From: a virus
DNA: 64,000 nt
Direction: 5' to 3' (one strand)
IMG/VR virus record: IMGVR_UViG_3300042373_001362
Span: 1-64,000 of that record
The position numbers and the translations under genes were made by a program. The first letter of the stretch is position 1. Each line of letters starts with the position of its first letter. Under the pieces are notes generated by a model, which had not been told where the DNA came from, made no database searches, and saw only the letters and a program-made list of their open reading frames with translations. This document shows positions 1 through 8,105 of this stretch, piece after piece.

Positions 1-2
1 GC

Positions 3-104
3 GAGACACTCTTGCAACCCTGTGGGCAAGTTAGTTGCGATATGAAACTGACCCAGTTAGATGGCCTGAGTTTCTGTGATACCTGCAATCTTCGCATTTT
101 GTAA
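3..104 (+). CDS. 3' end of a gene truncated by the window start (Cys-containing, hypothetical)
   Basis: Open frame ETLLQPCGQVSCDMKLTQLDGLSFCDTCNLRIL* ends at TAA 102-104. Confidence 0.35.
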   Translation, partial: ETLLQPCGQVSCDMKLTQLDGLSFCDTCNLRIL

Positions 105-202
105 TTTGCTTTTGTAATTTTGAAAATTGAAAATGGGCTGGAAAAGTAAGTTTTTCCGACTTCTTTTTGAAGCTGTTAAGGGCAGAAACTTCTTTCTGCT
201 GG

Positions 203-231
203 TTGCAATCCCAGAATCACCCCCGTACAAT
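203..231 (+). promoter_or_regulatory. sigma70/SigA-like promoter
   Basis: TTGCAA (203-208), 17-nt spacer, TACAAT (226-231). Confidence 0.6.
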
Positions 232-236
232 TCTCT

Positions 237-311
237 GTACCCATCCAGTAGGTATTAAGTTCACCAGAGAAAAGGCTGAACTGCTAACGGCTATCTACTG
301 GGTGGGTTTTT
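237..311 (+). ncRNA. candidate small structured RNA (~75 nt)
   Basis: Starts just after the promoter; outer stem 239-251/295-307, inner hairpin AGTTCA-CC...GG-C-TGAACT, ends in a T run; no ORF. Confidence 0.45.
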
Positions 312-317
312 ACATTC

Positions 318-389
318 TCAGTATTTAGTAATCATGAACAGAATGCCGATAATACAGCTAATCATGATGATGACTAATGCGCCTTCCAT
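318..389 (-). CDS. 23-aa hydrophobic membrane peptide
   Basis: MEGALVIIMISCIIGILFMITKY*; ATG overlaps the WhiB stop (TAATG). Confidence 0.5.
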   Translation of the reverse strand: MEGALVIIMISCIIGILFMITKY

Positions 390-721
390 TACACCCCCCA
401 CATCTGAGCAAGAGTCGGCCTTATCGGCTTTATCCCTCTTCTTCTCTGTTCAGCAGCTAACTGTCTACTAGTCAATCCGGCCCATACTCCATGCATATCC
501 GCTGCCGGAAACTCAAGTGCATACTCTAAGCACGGTTCCTTAACAGGACAGTTACTGCATATCCTTCTAGCCTCCGCTATATAAGTAATATCCTTATGTT
601 CTTTAGGGAACATTAGATTGGTCAATCCCTTACAAGCAGCGTGTTCAAACCAGTCCTTTCTGCCAATATACAATCCATTTAATGGTTGACTATTATTATT
701 GGTAGATTTTTCTTTGGTCAC
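389..721 (-). CDS. whiB: WhiB-family Fe-S transcription factor
   Basis: AAC...ICSNCPVKEPCLEYA...GVWAGLT four-Cys WhiB signature; start moved to GTG 721 downstream of GAAAGG. Confidence 0.92.
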   Translation of the reverse strand: MTKEKSTNNNSQPLNGLYIGRKDWFEHAACKGLTNLMFPKEHKDITYIAEARRICSNCPVKEPCLEYALEFPAADMHGVWAGLTSRQLAAEQRRRGIKPIRPTLAQMWGV

Positions 722-820
722 TATAGTGAGCCTTTCTTGATAGGTTTCATTAATTACAGCACACAAAAATAGGCAACCGTGATACCGTTTTAGTAAACTC
801 GAATGTGTAATAATTGCTGT

Positions 821-1066
821 ATGCCAGTTACCTATGGACACCCACAAGACATGCCGTTTAACCAGTCTCACGACATAGACCAGTACACAAAATGGTTTAA
901 TCTCATGAATATGGACTTCGAATTACTGCATATCGGTAATAGCTGGATATGTAACGCTTGGTCACGGGAGAAGAACACGGAACTAGTGAGCAGTTCGGGG
1001 GCTAAGCAGACAATCTCTGAAGCACTACAGCAGTGTTACTCAGACATACGTGCTCTTACTAGGTAA
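821..1066 (+). CDS. hypothetical protein
   Basis: ORF 803-1066; ATG 821 sits 6 nt after an AATAAT -10-like box (leaderless). Confidence 0.55.
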   Translation: MPVTYGHPQDMPFNQSHDIDQYTKWFNLMNMDFELLHIGNSWICNAWSREKNTELVSSSGAKQTISEALQQCYSDIRALTR

Positions 1067-1139
1067 GTTGTTTCTCCCCTATGGGGATTCCTAAGCTTTT
1101 CGAAACTACATGGCACCTTAAAGAAGGCGGCCTTTGTTA

Positions 1140-1778
1140 TTAGGCTTGTTTCTCTAAGGTTTTACGGTATGGGGCTTCCTGGACAAAAGTCTGGAAAGGT
1201 GAACCCGTATAAGGGTCAAACTTAGAAGCGACGGTAAGTGCTTTTGTGCAGATAGACCTAGCTTGGGTCAGTGTTGGACGCTTATTCCCTACCAGAGAGT
1301 ACAAAGCTCCTAAGGCATAGGAAGAACCAGTACCCGTAGAGTAGAGATAATTTGCCTCTGTTGTCCAGCTGTAATCGGACTCAATAATGTAGATTGCGCC
1401 GTTTACTACGACTACTACAGAAGAACCCTGTTCAGCACGATGCTCTTTGGAATCCCCGGAATCTGGAGGAGAATAACCTTGAGAATCAAAGCAAGCTCTT
1501 AAACTTGGGATAAATTTACCCGTAATAAAGGCATCGAGCTTCTTTCCCCTTAGTCCTGGGGTTATAGGAGGAGGTTGGAATACATGGTGCAATATGTTAA
1601 TTGCACGCATTTCGCCAGCCGCACCGAGCAAATATTTTCCATTTGCGGCGATTTTGGACGAGCCATTGCCTAGTGTCGATACCTGATAGGCGCTTCCGTC
1701 GTCGCCAAAGGATGAGATACGAGTATCGCACCCCACCACGGCAAAGCCGTCCCCCTGGATTCCGACGATAGTTGTCAT
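1140..1778 (-). CDS. Ntn-hydrolase, proteasome beta / HslV-like threonine protease
   Basis: M-TTIVG...VGCDTR N-terminal Thr nucleophile, KI, GAAG, TGTGSSYALGAL, DPYTG. Confidence 0.85.
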   Translation of the reverse strand: MTTIVGIQGDGFAVVGCDTRISSFGDDGSAYQVSTLGNGSSKIAANGKYLLGAAGEMRAINILHHVFQPPPITPGLRGKKLDAFITGKFIPSLRACFDSQGYSPPDSGDSKEHRAEQGSSVVVVVNGAIYIIESDYSWTTEANYLYSTGTGSSYALGALYSLVGNKRPTLTQARSICTKALTVASKFDPYTGSPFQTFVQEAPYRKTLEKQA

Positions 1779-2968
1779 TATTCCGCTATGTACTCAACTC
1801 CACGGAACATGCACCAGCCGTTGTATATCGGTGCCACTTCATAGGAGAACTTGTGCTTGCCAGTATCTTCGTAGGTAACTACACCAATACCCTGTTGCCA
1901 GTTTTCGTGTCTTGTGAGCGGGCGACCATCGAGGTCTACACCACCACGGGTTGAAGGGATAGCCCCATCTATACGGCAAAGGCATCCTGGGGACGCAGCC
2001 ATAATAGTGCGAGCACCGTCAAAGTCTTCACGGGTCTTGAATGCTGTCTCGATACGGTGAATATGGCCGTAAATGACAGAATGCTTCTCGTTATTTAGAT
2101 ATACATGGGCAGTTGAGCCGGAAGACTTAACGCGGTCTCCGTGAATAATGCGCAATTTCTTATTTATCCACAGGTCTGCTGCCGGATATCCTGGCTTATA
2201 CTCAATTCCATAATCGTCCATTCGGCACAGATAAGGAACAGACAGCACGGGCCATGAGTCTGGGGTGTTGCCTTTTCTGAGTCCATATGCCGCTCCGGCA
2301 TTCTGGACAAGATACTTAGGCATTCTTTCCTCATGGTTTCCTGCCAACCATACGATTCTGGCATGGGGAGCAGCCGACCGCATTTGAGCGCAAAACATTG
2401 CGGCCCTATCAATAGAAGCCTGGGTGGTCTGGGCATATGCTGGGTAGGTAACGTACTTACCCATCTCTGGAAGGTCAAGATTGTCTCCAACACAGGCAAT
2501 TAGCTCTGGTTGAAGCTTCTTTATCATTGCCAGCACGATGTCTAGGGCCTTGTCATCATGTGATGGCTCTAGTTCGCCTTCCTTATTACGGAAGAAACCT
2601 ATCTGTATATCAGGCACCACAACGCAGGTTTTGAAGGTGGTTGGGGCTTTCGGTTTTGTCGTTGTCTTTTGTAGTTGTATTGGCTTGCTTTGCTGGACAA
2701 TTGGCCACTCTGGGCCGGTATCCCACTTGGGTGAAAACTGAATAGCGACCCTGCTTGAATCTCTTGTTTCTAAAGGATTGTCTGGGTTCTGAGTAGAAGA
2801 CTGATTAATTGAGATTTTTTTGATTTCTCCTACATCGTCTAAGCTGATATCCTTAAGACGGAGCATCTCTGCAATTGAGTCAAGAACCTTTTTGTTTTGC
2901 TCAGACTGCTTTTTGTCCTTCGTAATAGAACTAAGGGCTGAAGATAGTGGTTGTTTTTTAGCGGTCAT
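1778..2968 (-). CDS. calcineurin-like metallophosphoesterase
   Basis: PDIQ, GDNLD, GNHE, HGD, GHIHR motifs. Confidence 0.88.
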   Translation of the reverse strand: MTAKKQPLSSALSSITKDKKQSEQNKKVLDSIAEMLRLKDISLDDVGEIKKISINQSSTQNPDNPLETRDSSRVAIQFSPKWDTGPEWPIVQQSKPIQLQKTTTKPKAPTTFKTCVVVPDIQIGFFRNKEGELEPSHDDKALDIVLAMIKKLQPELIACVGDNLDLPEMGKYVTYPAYAQTTQASIDRAAMFCAQMRSAAPHARIVWLAGNHEERMPKYLVQNAGAAYGLRKGNTPDSWPVLSVPYLCRMDDYGIEYKPGYPAADLWINKKLRIIHGDRVKSSGSTAHVYLNNEKHSVIYGHIHRIETAFKTREDFDGARTIMAASPGCLCRIDGAIPSTRGGVDLDGRPLTRHENWQQGIGVVTYEDTGKHKFSYEVAPIYNGWCMFRGVEYIAE

Positions 2969-3252
2969 TATTTGCCCTCATTCTTTGCTAGACATGAATC
3001 GATTGTTTCTCGGATGCAGCAGTTAAAAGAAGGGTCTTTGAAACACGCTCTTTTTGTTCCTACAACATCTCTTCCGATAGAGTGACCATCAGCACATAGT
3101 GCTCTTGTGATGTCCATTGTTGATGCTTCACTAGCCATAGCTACTATTAGTGCATCTTTTGTTTCACTATCTAAAGAGTTTGTTATTGAGCCAAACTTGC
3201 ATATCTTTTTGCTTTCGCCACTGGCTACAGCTTTTAACGCATCTTTTAACAC
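2968..3252 (-). CDS. hypothetical protein coupled to the phosphoesterase
   Basis: GGAGG RBS; stop overlaps the next start. Confidence 0.7.
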   Translation of the reverse strand: MLKDALKAVASGESKKICKFGSITNSLDSETKDALIVAMASEASTMDITRALCADGHSIGRDVVGTKRACFKDPSFNCCIRETIDSCLAKNEGK

Positions 3253-3342
3253 GTTTCCTCCACGGCAATAACGACACCTACGGCATCACTTCTGTCAACA
3301 TGAATACTACACTATTGCCACAGGGTGATGTAGTATGAGCGC

Positions 3343-3798
3343 ATGAAGGTCGACAAATCTGCAGAAGTAAAGAGGGCCCTAGAGGAAGCGCTGAGTTCTT
3401 CTGTATCTAGCGACTCCGGTGACATCGTTGATGCTGTTCTTAAAACACTTGACAAACAGAAGGTTTTCAGGTATCACAACGAAAATTCAATAAATCTCAT
3501 ATCTACGTCCGGGCGAGTGTTGATTGCCTTGATGGAAGACCCGACAATGACTCAGCGTGCTCTTTCTGTTTATTTAGATTTAAGCGAAACAATGATTGAC
3601 AAAACGGTCAAATTGCTCATACAAAATAAGCTCATTACAAAGACAAAAACACAACGACAAAATATTTACAAAGTAAATTTAGAAGAAGTGAAAAAACACC
3701 CTGATATACAGCACCTAAAAGAAGCTATAGCAGGAATATTCGATGCAAAAACTATGCCGAATAAGAATAAAAACGGGTTTGAAGAGTCTGTTTTCTAA
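3343..3798 (+). CDS. winged helix-turn-helix (MarR-like) DNA-binding protein
   Basis: RVLIALMEDPTMTQRALSVYLDLSETMIDKTVKLLIQNKLI...NIYKV. Confidence 0.75.
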   Translation: MKVDKSAEVKRALEEALSSSVSSDSGDIVDAVLKTLDKQKVFRYHNENSINLISTSGRVLIALMEDPTMTQRALSVYLDLSETMIDKTVKLLIQNKLITKTKTQRQNIYKVNLEEVKKHPDIQHLKEAIAGIFDAKTMPNKNKNGFEESVF

Positions 3799-3811
3799 GT
3801 AAACTGTCGTT

Positions 3812-4105
3812 ATGAAAATTCGTGACGACCTAAGTGTCATCTTCAAAGAGAACTCGTGCTCTCATTATGTGTTGAAGTACGTAAAGTTCAAGGGTGGCAA
3901 AGCAGACGTAACAGAGTCTTCATCACTGTTTAAAGGAAAAGTACAGGATAAGAACAAGGCTAGGAAATCTGCCCAGGTTCTAGTGAAGGATGGATGCCTT
4001 CTTTGTATATCAGGTGATACCCATCAAATAACCGCAAAAGGTTTAGACGTTATTATGTCTATTGGTCGGAGGAACTCTCACCTAAAGCCAGACCCCCGAG
4101 ACTGA
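3812..4105 (+). CDS. hypothetical protein, possibly winged-helix
   Basis: ORF; LVKDGCL...QITAKG wing-like end; TAAACT 6 nt upstream. Confidence 0.55.
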   Translation: MKIRDDLSVIFKENSCSHYVLKYVKFKGGKADVTESSSLFKGKVQDKNKARKSAQVLVKDGCLLCISGDTHQITAKGLDVIMSIGRRNSHLKPDPRD

Positions 4106-4412
4106 CTAGCCAAGCGCTAAACACTTCGTCAGCTATTGGCATGAACCATACTTGACAGGATTCAATGTCTCTAGGATTTCCAGATAGCGTCCAGCATATA
4201 TCCAAAGATTTATCTGCATAACAGGAGCCAACATTGCATTCCATGCCAAACCTGTTGGCAAACCATTTGACCGCACACCCATAGTCTTCCACGAAACATG
4301 CGCCCTCGTTACCGTGAGGACAGTAAACAGATTCTATTTCTATTTCGGATTTAACGATTTTAAGAATTAGCTTGTGACCATCGTTGTGCCACATCATCTC
4401 GTCGATTGCCAT
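4059..4412 (-). CDS. hypothetical Cys-rich protein
   Basis: ORF track, 117 aa. Confidence 0.65.
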   Translation of the reverse strand: MAIDEMMWHNDGHKLILKIVKSEIEIESVYCPHGNEGACFVEDYGCAVKWFANRFGMECNVGSCYADKSLDICWTLSGNPRDIESCQVWFMPIADEVFSAWLVSLGGLALGESSSDQ

Positions 4413-4438
4413 CTATAACTCTCGTTTGGATAAATTTG

Positions 4439-4477
4439 AAAAAATTAGCTCAGCTCTTAACAGCAGCACTGAGCTAA
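4439..4477 (-). terminator. intrinsic terminator after the lysis cassette
   Basis: TTAGCTCAG...CTGAGCTAA stem followed by a T run on the - strand. Confidence 0.55.
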
Positions 4478-4504
4478 CTACAAAATAGCACTACACCTAG
4501 GCTC

Positions 4505-4810
4505 TCAGGCGCTAGGTGTAGGTGCTTTTTTTCTAGGTGTTTTCTGTGCTGTTTCAGAGTCTGCAACTGCTCCTTTTTTGTCGAATCTAGAAAACACTGT
4601 GTTTATTTCACTGACAGTAAGTTTTCCGTCATCAAGGAATGCACGGGAGAGGCCCTCGATAACAGTGGCAACTCCTGCTATACCAGCCATCATTATGGCT
4701 TTAGTCATGCTGACGCCAGCGATTGCGCCAGCACCTACAACTCCGAGACCGGAGGCTGCAAATGTTGCAAATATTCGAAGAAGAACGTTAAGAAACAGTT
4801 CTTTCTTCAT
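4505..4810 (-). CDS. putative holin
   Basis: Two hydrophobic segments, basic C-terminus, same operon as the endolysin. Confidence 0.6.
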   Translation of the reverse strand: MKKELFLNVLLRIFATFAASGLGVVGAGAIAGVSMTKAIMMAGIAGVATVIEGLSRAFLDDGKLTVSEINTVFSRFDKKGAVADSETAQKTPRKKAPTPSA

Positions 4811-5058
4811 TACGACTCAGGTGTCTCTTCGGCCTTCTCTGCTTCAGGTTCTGCGACAACTTCTGCTTCTGCAGGTGCTTCTTCTACCTTTGGCTCTTCG
4901 GCAACTGGCTCTTCAGCTTTCACTTCTTCGACAACTGGGGCCTCTTCCTGCTTCTTCTTCTTTGCAGGCTTTTCTTTGATTTCAACAGGCTGAGAGACAG
5001 GAGCTACTGCTTCTGCTGCCTTCTTTGCTGCTCTTTCTTCGGGGGTAAGTTTTCTCAC
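4810..5058 (-). CDS. Glu/Ala/Lys/Pro-rich low-complexity protein
   Basis: ORF with overlapping start/stop coupling. Confidence 0.65.
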   Translation of the reverse strand: MRKLTPEERAAKKAAEAVAPVSQPVEIKEKPAKKKKQEEAPVVEEVKAEEPVAEEPKVEEAPAEAEVVAEPEAEKAEETPES

Positions 5059-5351
5059 AGTATTTCCTCGTCTTCGTGTGTGGTTTCTTTTACTTCTTCT
5101 GGCTGAATTGCCTTGTTTTCAAGAACAGGAGGGAAAGATTCTTTCACTGGTTCAGGCTGAACTTCTGGCTGTACTGGCGCTTCGACCTCTACTTCAGCTT
5201 CTACTTCAGCCTTTTTCTTGGACTTTGCTTTTGATTGCTCTTTTTCTTCCTCGAGCGAATCATTTTTTTCAGCAACAAAAGAAGGGGTAACGCCCTTGTT
5301 TTTTTTCACCAGTTGAGCCTGGCGTGCCCTGTAAATTGGACTATCGTTCAT
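5055..5351 (-). CDS. Glu/Lys-rich low-complexity protein
   Basis: Start moved to ATG 5351 (MNDSP) after an AGGAG RBS. Confidence 0.6.
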   Translation of the reverse strand: MNDSPIYRARQAQLVKKNKGVTPSFVAEKNDSLEEEKEQSKAKSKKKAEVEAEVEVEAPVQPEVQPEPVKESFPPVLENKAIQPEEVKETTHEDEEIL

Positions 5352-5598
5352 CTTTTTCTTCTCCTGAATCTGTTTGGACCATTTTAAACGATTGTTCAGC
5401 ACATCTGATTGAACAAAAGCTTTCTTCTCCTCTAATCCTTATCATTCCTCGGACGGACTGCCTTGAGCAGTACGAACAGACGGAAGGGGAGTTCTTGGTT
5501 CCAAAAACTTTGAACAGTGTTCCATAGATAGAGGGGTCGAGAATCTGTTGGACCTTAGACTGGCCCGCTACTGGTTTTGCTGGTTTCTTGCCTGCCAT
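5341..5598 (-). CDS. small zinc-binding protein (CxxC...FCSxxC)
   Basis: CSYC...FCSIRC. Confidence 0.65.
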   Translation of the reverse strand: MAGKKPAKPVAGQSKVQQILDPSIYGTLFKVFGTKNSPSVCSYCSRQSVRGMIRIRGEESFCSIRCAEQSFKMVQTDSGEEKDER

Positions 5599-5846
5599 TA
5601 GAGGTCTCCTTTTGCATGGTCACGAATGTGCTCGTCAATTTTTGCTTCTGTACGCTCTACGCCTTTTTCAACTCTGTCAATTGATATTCCAAGAGTTTTG
5701 CCCATTGTGTCGATTTTGTCCACGACAAAGTTATGGTCAGCCTTGTTTTCTTCCCAGCGGCTTTTGTCTGAACGTCTTCCGTGCTCCATAAAGCCAACAA
5801 TGACCATTCCAATCATGCTGATTAAAGCAATGATTATCTCGTTCAT
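5598..5846 (-). CDS. small membrane protein with coiled coil (holin/lysis-associated)
   Basis: N-terminal TM, C-terminal KIDEHIRDH; adjacent to the endolysin. Confidence 0.65.
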   Translation of the reverse strand: MNEIIIALISMIGMVIVGFMEHGRRSDKSRWEENKADHNFVVDKIDTMGKTLGISIDRVEKGVERTEAKIDEHIRDHAKGDL

Positions 5847-6379
5847 TATGCAGCGCCAGGCTTAGGAATGGACCTCCACGCTGCTTCCATTTTTGCAGCG
5901 TCTTTTGCAAATTCAGGCTCGAGTTCTATGTGTATCCACTTCCCTCCGAATGAGCCAGCATTATCTTTTTCGTTATAAATTTTCACCCCTGCAGCGCCCT
6001 CGCCGCGCGAGCACCTGAAACCGCGACCGAAGCCGGGCTTCTTGTCTGTTGCGTTTGCATCGAATGCGTAGTCGTGAATTTCCACAATGCCAAGAGCTTC
6101 TGCGTTTGCAAGGAACCAATCCCACATTGCTACGCCGATTTTGCGGTCTGTGTAGCCGATGTCTGCTGCTGCGCCAGTTGCATGGACGCTCAGAAACTTC
6201 TCCATGCCTGGGTCGCCAATTTTCTTGCCAGCAGTCTTCGAATTTCTCATCAATCGATTGGAATAGATTCCCATGTTCGTCGTTTTCCATCTTCTGGAAC
6301 AAGCATTAACAAACCAGACAGTTCCGTCTCCAGCCTTTTTTCCGTCAAAAGCGGGGAAATATGGGTACTTTCTTGTCAT
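5846..6379 (-). CDS. endolysin, peptidase M15-like zinc peptidase
   Basis: R...SVHATGAAAD...WIHIE (SxHxxGxAxD / HxE). Confidence 0.75.
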   Translation of the reverse strand: MTRKYPYFPAFDGKKAGDGTVWFVNACSRRWKTTNMGIYSNRLMRNSKTAGKKIGDPGMEKFLSVHATGAAADIGYTDRKIGVAMWDWFLANAEALGIVEIHDYAFDANATDKKPGFGRGFRCSRGEGAAGVKIYNEKDNAGSFGGKWIHIELEPEFAKDAAKMEAAWRSIPKPGAA

Positions 6380-6493
6380 TTTGGTCCTCCATAAATAGGT
6401 TGTGGGGCGTGCAAAACTATGGCAAGTTAAAACACACCAATATTATACCTCATCAAAAATGATGGGTAATAAAGGAGCTATGCGGCAGTTGGT

Positions 6494-7930
6494 TTATTTT
6501 TGTTTTGCTTTTTTGAAAATTATCAAAAAGAAGCCAAAGCAAATTGCATAAACACTTAACAGCACCCTGTACAGGAATTGAGCACCAGTTTGTGGAAGAT
6601 TTGGTTCGTGGCTATGAGAACTATGGTCATGAACTGTGGTTGTAGTGATAGGTGCTTCAACAACAACGCTAGTAGTGCTTGATTGTTCCGTGCTCGGCAC
6701 TGGGGGTTGTGTTGTTGTTATAACTGGCTCAACAGTTGTACTAGGAGCAATAGTCGTAGTTGGAGCAACTGTAGTAGTTGTAGGGGGAACAGTGGTTGTA
6801 GGAGGATTCCACGTTACGGTTGCAGAAACTGTCTTAGAAACACCACTAACAACAGCCGTAGCTGTATATACGGCTGAACCTGTTGAGCTTGTGCGTACAA
6901 CTATTGTTGCCACACCGGAAGCGTTAGTCACGGCAGTGAGTGTTTGACCAGCATCTGGCCCACTGCTAACCGTAACTGTAACTGTAACTCCAGGCTGGGC
7001 AACGCCAGAAATAGTCTGTGCCGTTGCCGTGATTGTGAGGTCCTCACCTGCGTTTGGGTTCTGGGGAGAAACAGCAAGAGTAAATGAGCTAGGCAAAGAG
7101 ACAGAGCCTCCACCGATAGATACAGCTTTTCTTGTGCTAGATGCTGATGGGTACGGATAATCGGCCAAAACTTTTAGCGTTCCCACATTCCCAGTAAAGT
7201 ATCCGTGCCAGCAGGCGGCAACCATTGTGTTTGATAAACCGAAATCCGAAATTCCATCTGCTGCCGCATCTGGTCCACCATTGCATCCGCCATCGTTGAA
7301 TGTTGCAGTTGGAAGAAGAGCCGTTAACCAGCCGTATGGGTTGTAGCTAGAAAAAAGTCCACCTCCAGAGTTAACAAAGTCTGCAATTTTTTCAGCATTT
7401 GTTGTAAACAATCCATTTATGGCAGAAGACCGACTCCAGTCGTCTGGTATCCAAATCATTTTTGGAGGATTTGATGTTATCCCAGAAGAAAAAAATGTGT
7501 TTAATTGCGCTGATGTCGATATAAATTCAACGCTTGGTTGAAGACTGGAAGACGCATTACCAAATTGTGTTAAAAATTTTGTAGAAAGAAGAGTGTTCCA
7601 GTTATTGCCACAACCGCCAGCACTGTTTGCATTATCTATGCCAAGAATTGCAATTTTTCCATTATTTCCAGGAATTATGGATTGGTCGTAAACGCTTTTA
7701 ACAACCTTGGCAATGTATTGGTCTGTATTCTCGCCCATTGCAGCGTGACAAACTGGGTCCATGCCGTCAAGAACAATAGGTCCTCCGCCAGTATTTGCAC
7801 TTGCTGGATTTCCCCACGTTAAAGAATTTTGATTCTTGGAATAATCAAGGGGAAAGATGCTAATTCCCAAAACAACACAAGCAACAGCAATTACTTGAAC
7901 AATCCTGTAGTTAAATTTATCTAAATACAT
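6494..7930 (-). CDS. exported surface protein with Ig-like domain, Thr-rich stalk and LPXTG-type sorting signal
   Basis: N-terminal hydrophobic signal; Big_1-like (PGVTVTVTV...TNASGVATI); PTTT repeats; LPQTG + TM + KKAKQK. Confidence 0.75.
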   Translation of the reverse strand: MYLDKFNYRIVQVIAVACVVLGISIFPLDYSKNQNSLTWGNPASANTGGGPIVLDGMDPVCHAAMGENTDQYIAKVVKSVYDQSIIPGNNGKIAILGIDNANSAGGCGNNWNTLLSTKFLTQFGNASSSLQPSVEFISTSAQLNTFFSSGITSNPPKMIWIPDDWSRSSAINGLFTTNAEKIADFVNSGGGLFSSYNPYGWLTALLPTATFNDGGCNGGPDAAADGISDFGLSNTMVAACWHGYFTGNVGTLKVLADYPYPSASSTRKAVSIGGGSVSLPSSFTLAVSPQNPNAGEDLTITATAQTISGVAQPGVTVTVTVSSGPDAGQTLTAVTNASGVATIVVRTSSTGSAVYTATAVVSGVSKTVSATVTWNPPTTTVPPTTTTVAPTTTIAPSTTVEPVITTTQPPVPSTEQSSTTSVVVEAPITTTTVHDHSSHSHEPNLPQTGAQFLYRVLLSVYAICFGFFLIIFKKAKQK

Positions 7931-7931
7931 T

Positions 7932-8105
7932 TTAGTCTTCTTTCTTTATTACTATTCCAGTGAGATGAACCAATAGGGCAATGCCGGAAATCCACATGCC
8001 CATTGTTCTTGTTTCTCCGGAAAGGGTTATTAATACGGTCACCGCTCCGGCGAGAGTCCATGCAAGAGCATGGAATTCTTTGATTACTTTTTTAAAAGCT
8101 TTCAA
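7932..8105 (-). CDS. 57-aa two-TM membrane protein (not in ORF track)
   Basis: AGGAG RBS, TTG start overlapping the upstream stop; MKAFKKVIKEFHALAWTLAGAVTVLITLSGETRTMGMWISGIALLVHLTGIVIKKED*. Confidence 0.7.
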   Translation of the reverse strand: MKAFKKVIKEFHALAWTLAGAVTVLITLSGETRTMGMWISGIALLVHLTGIVIKKED

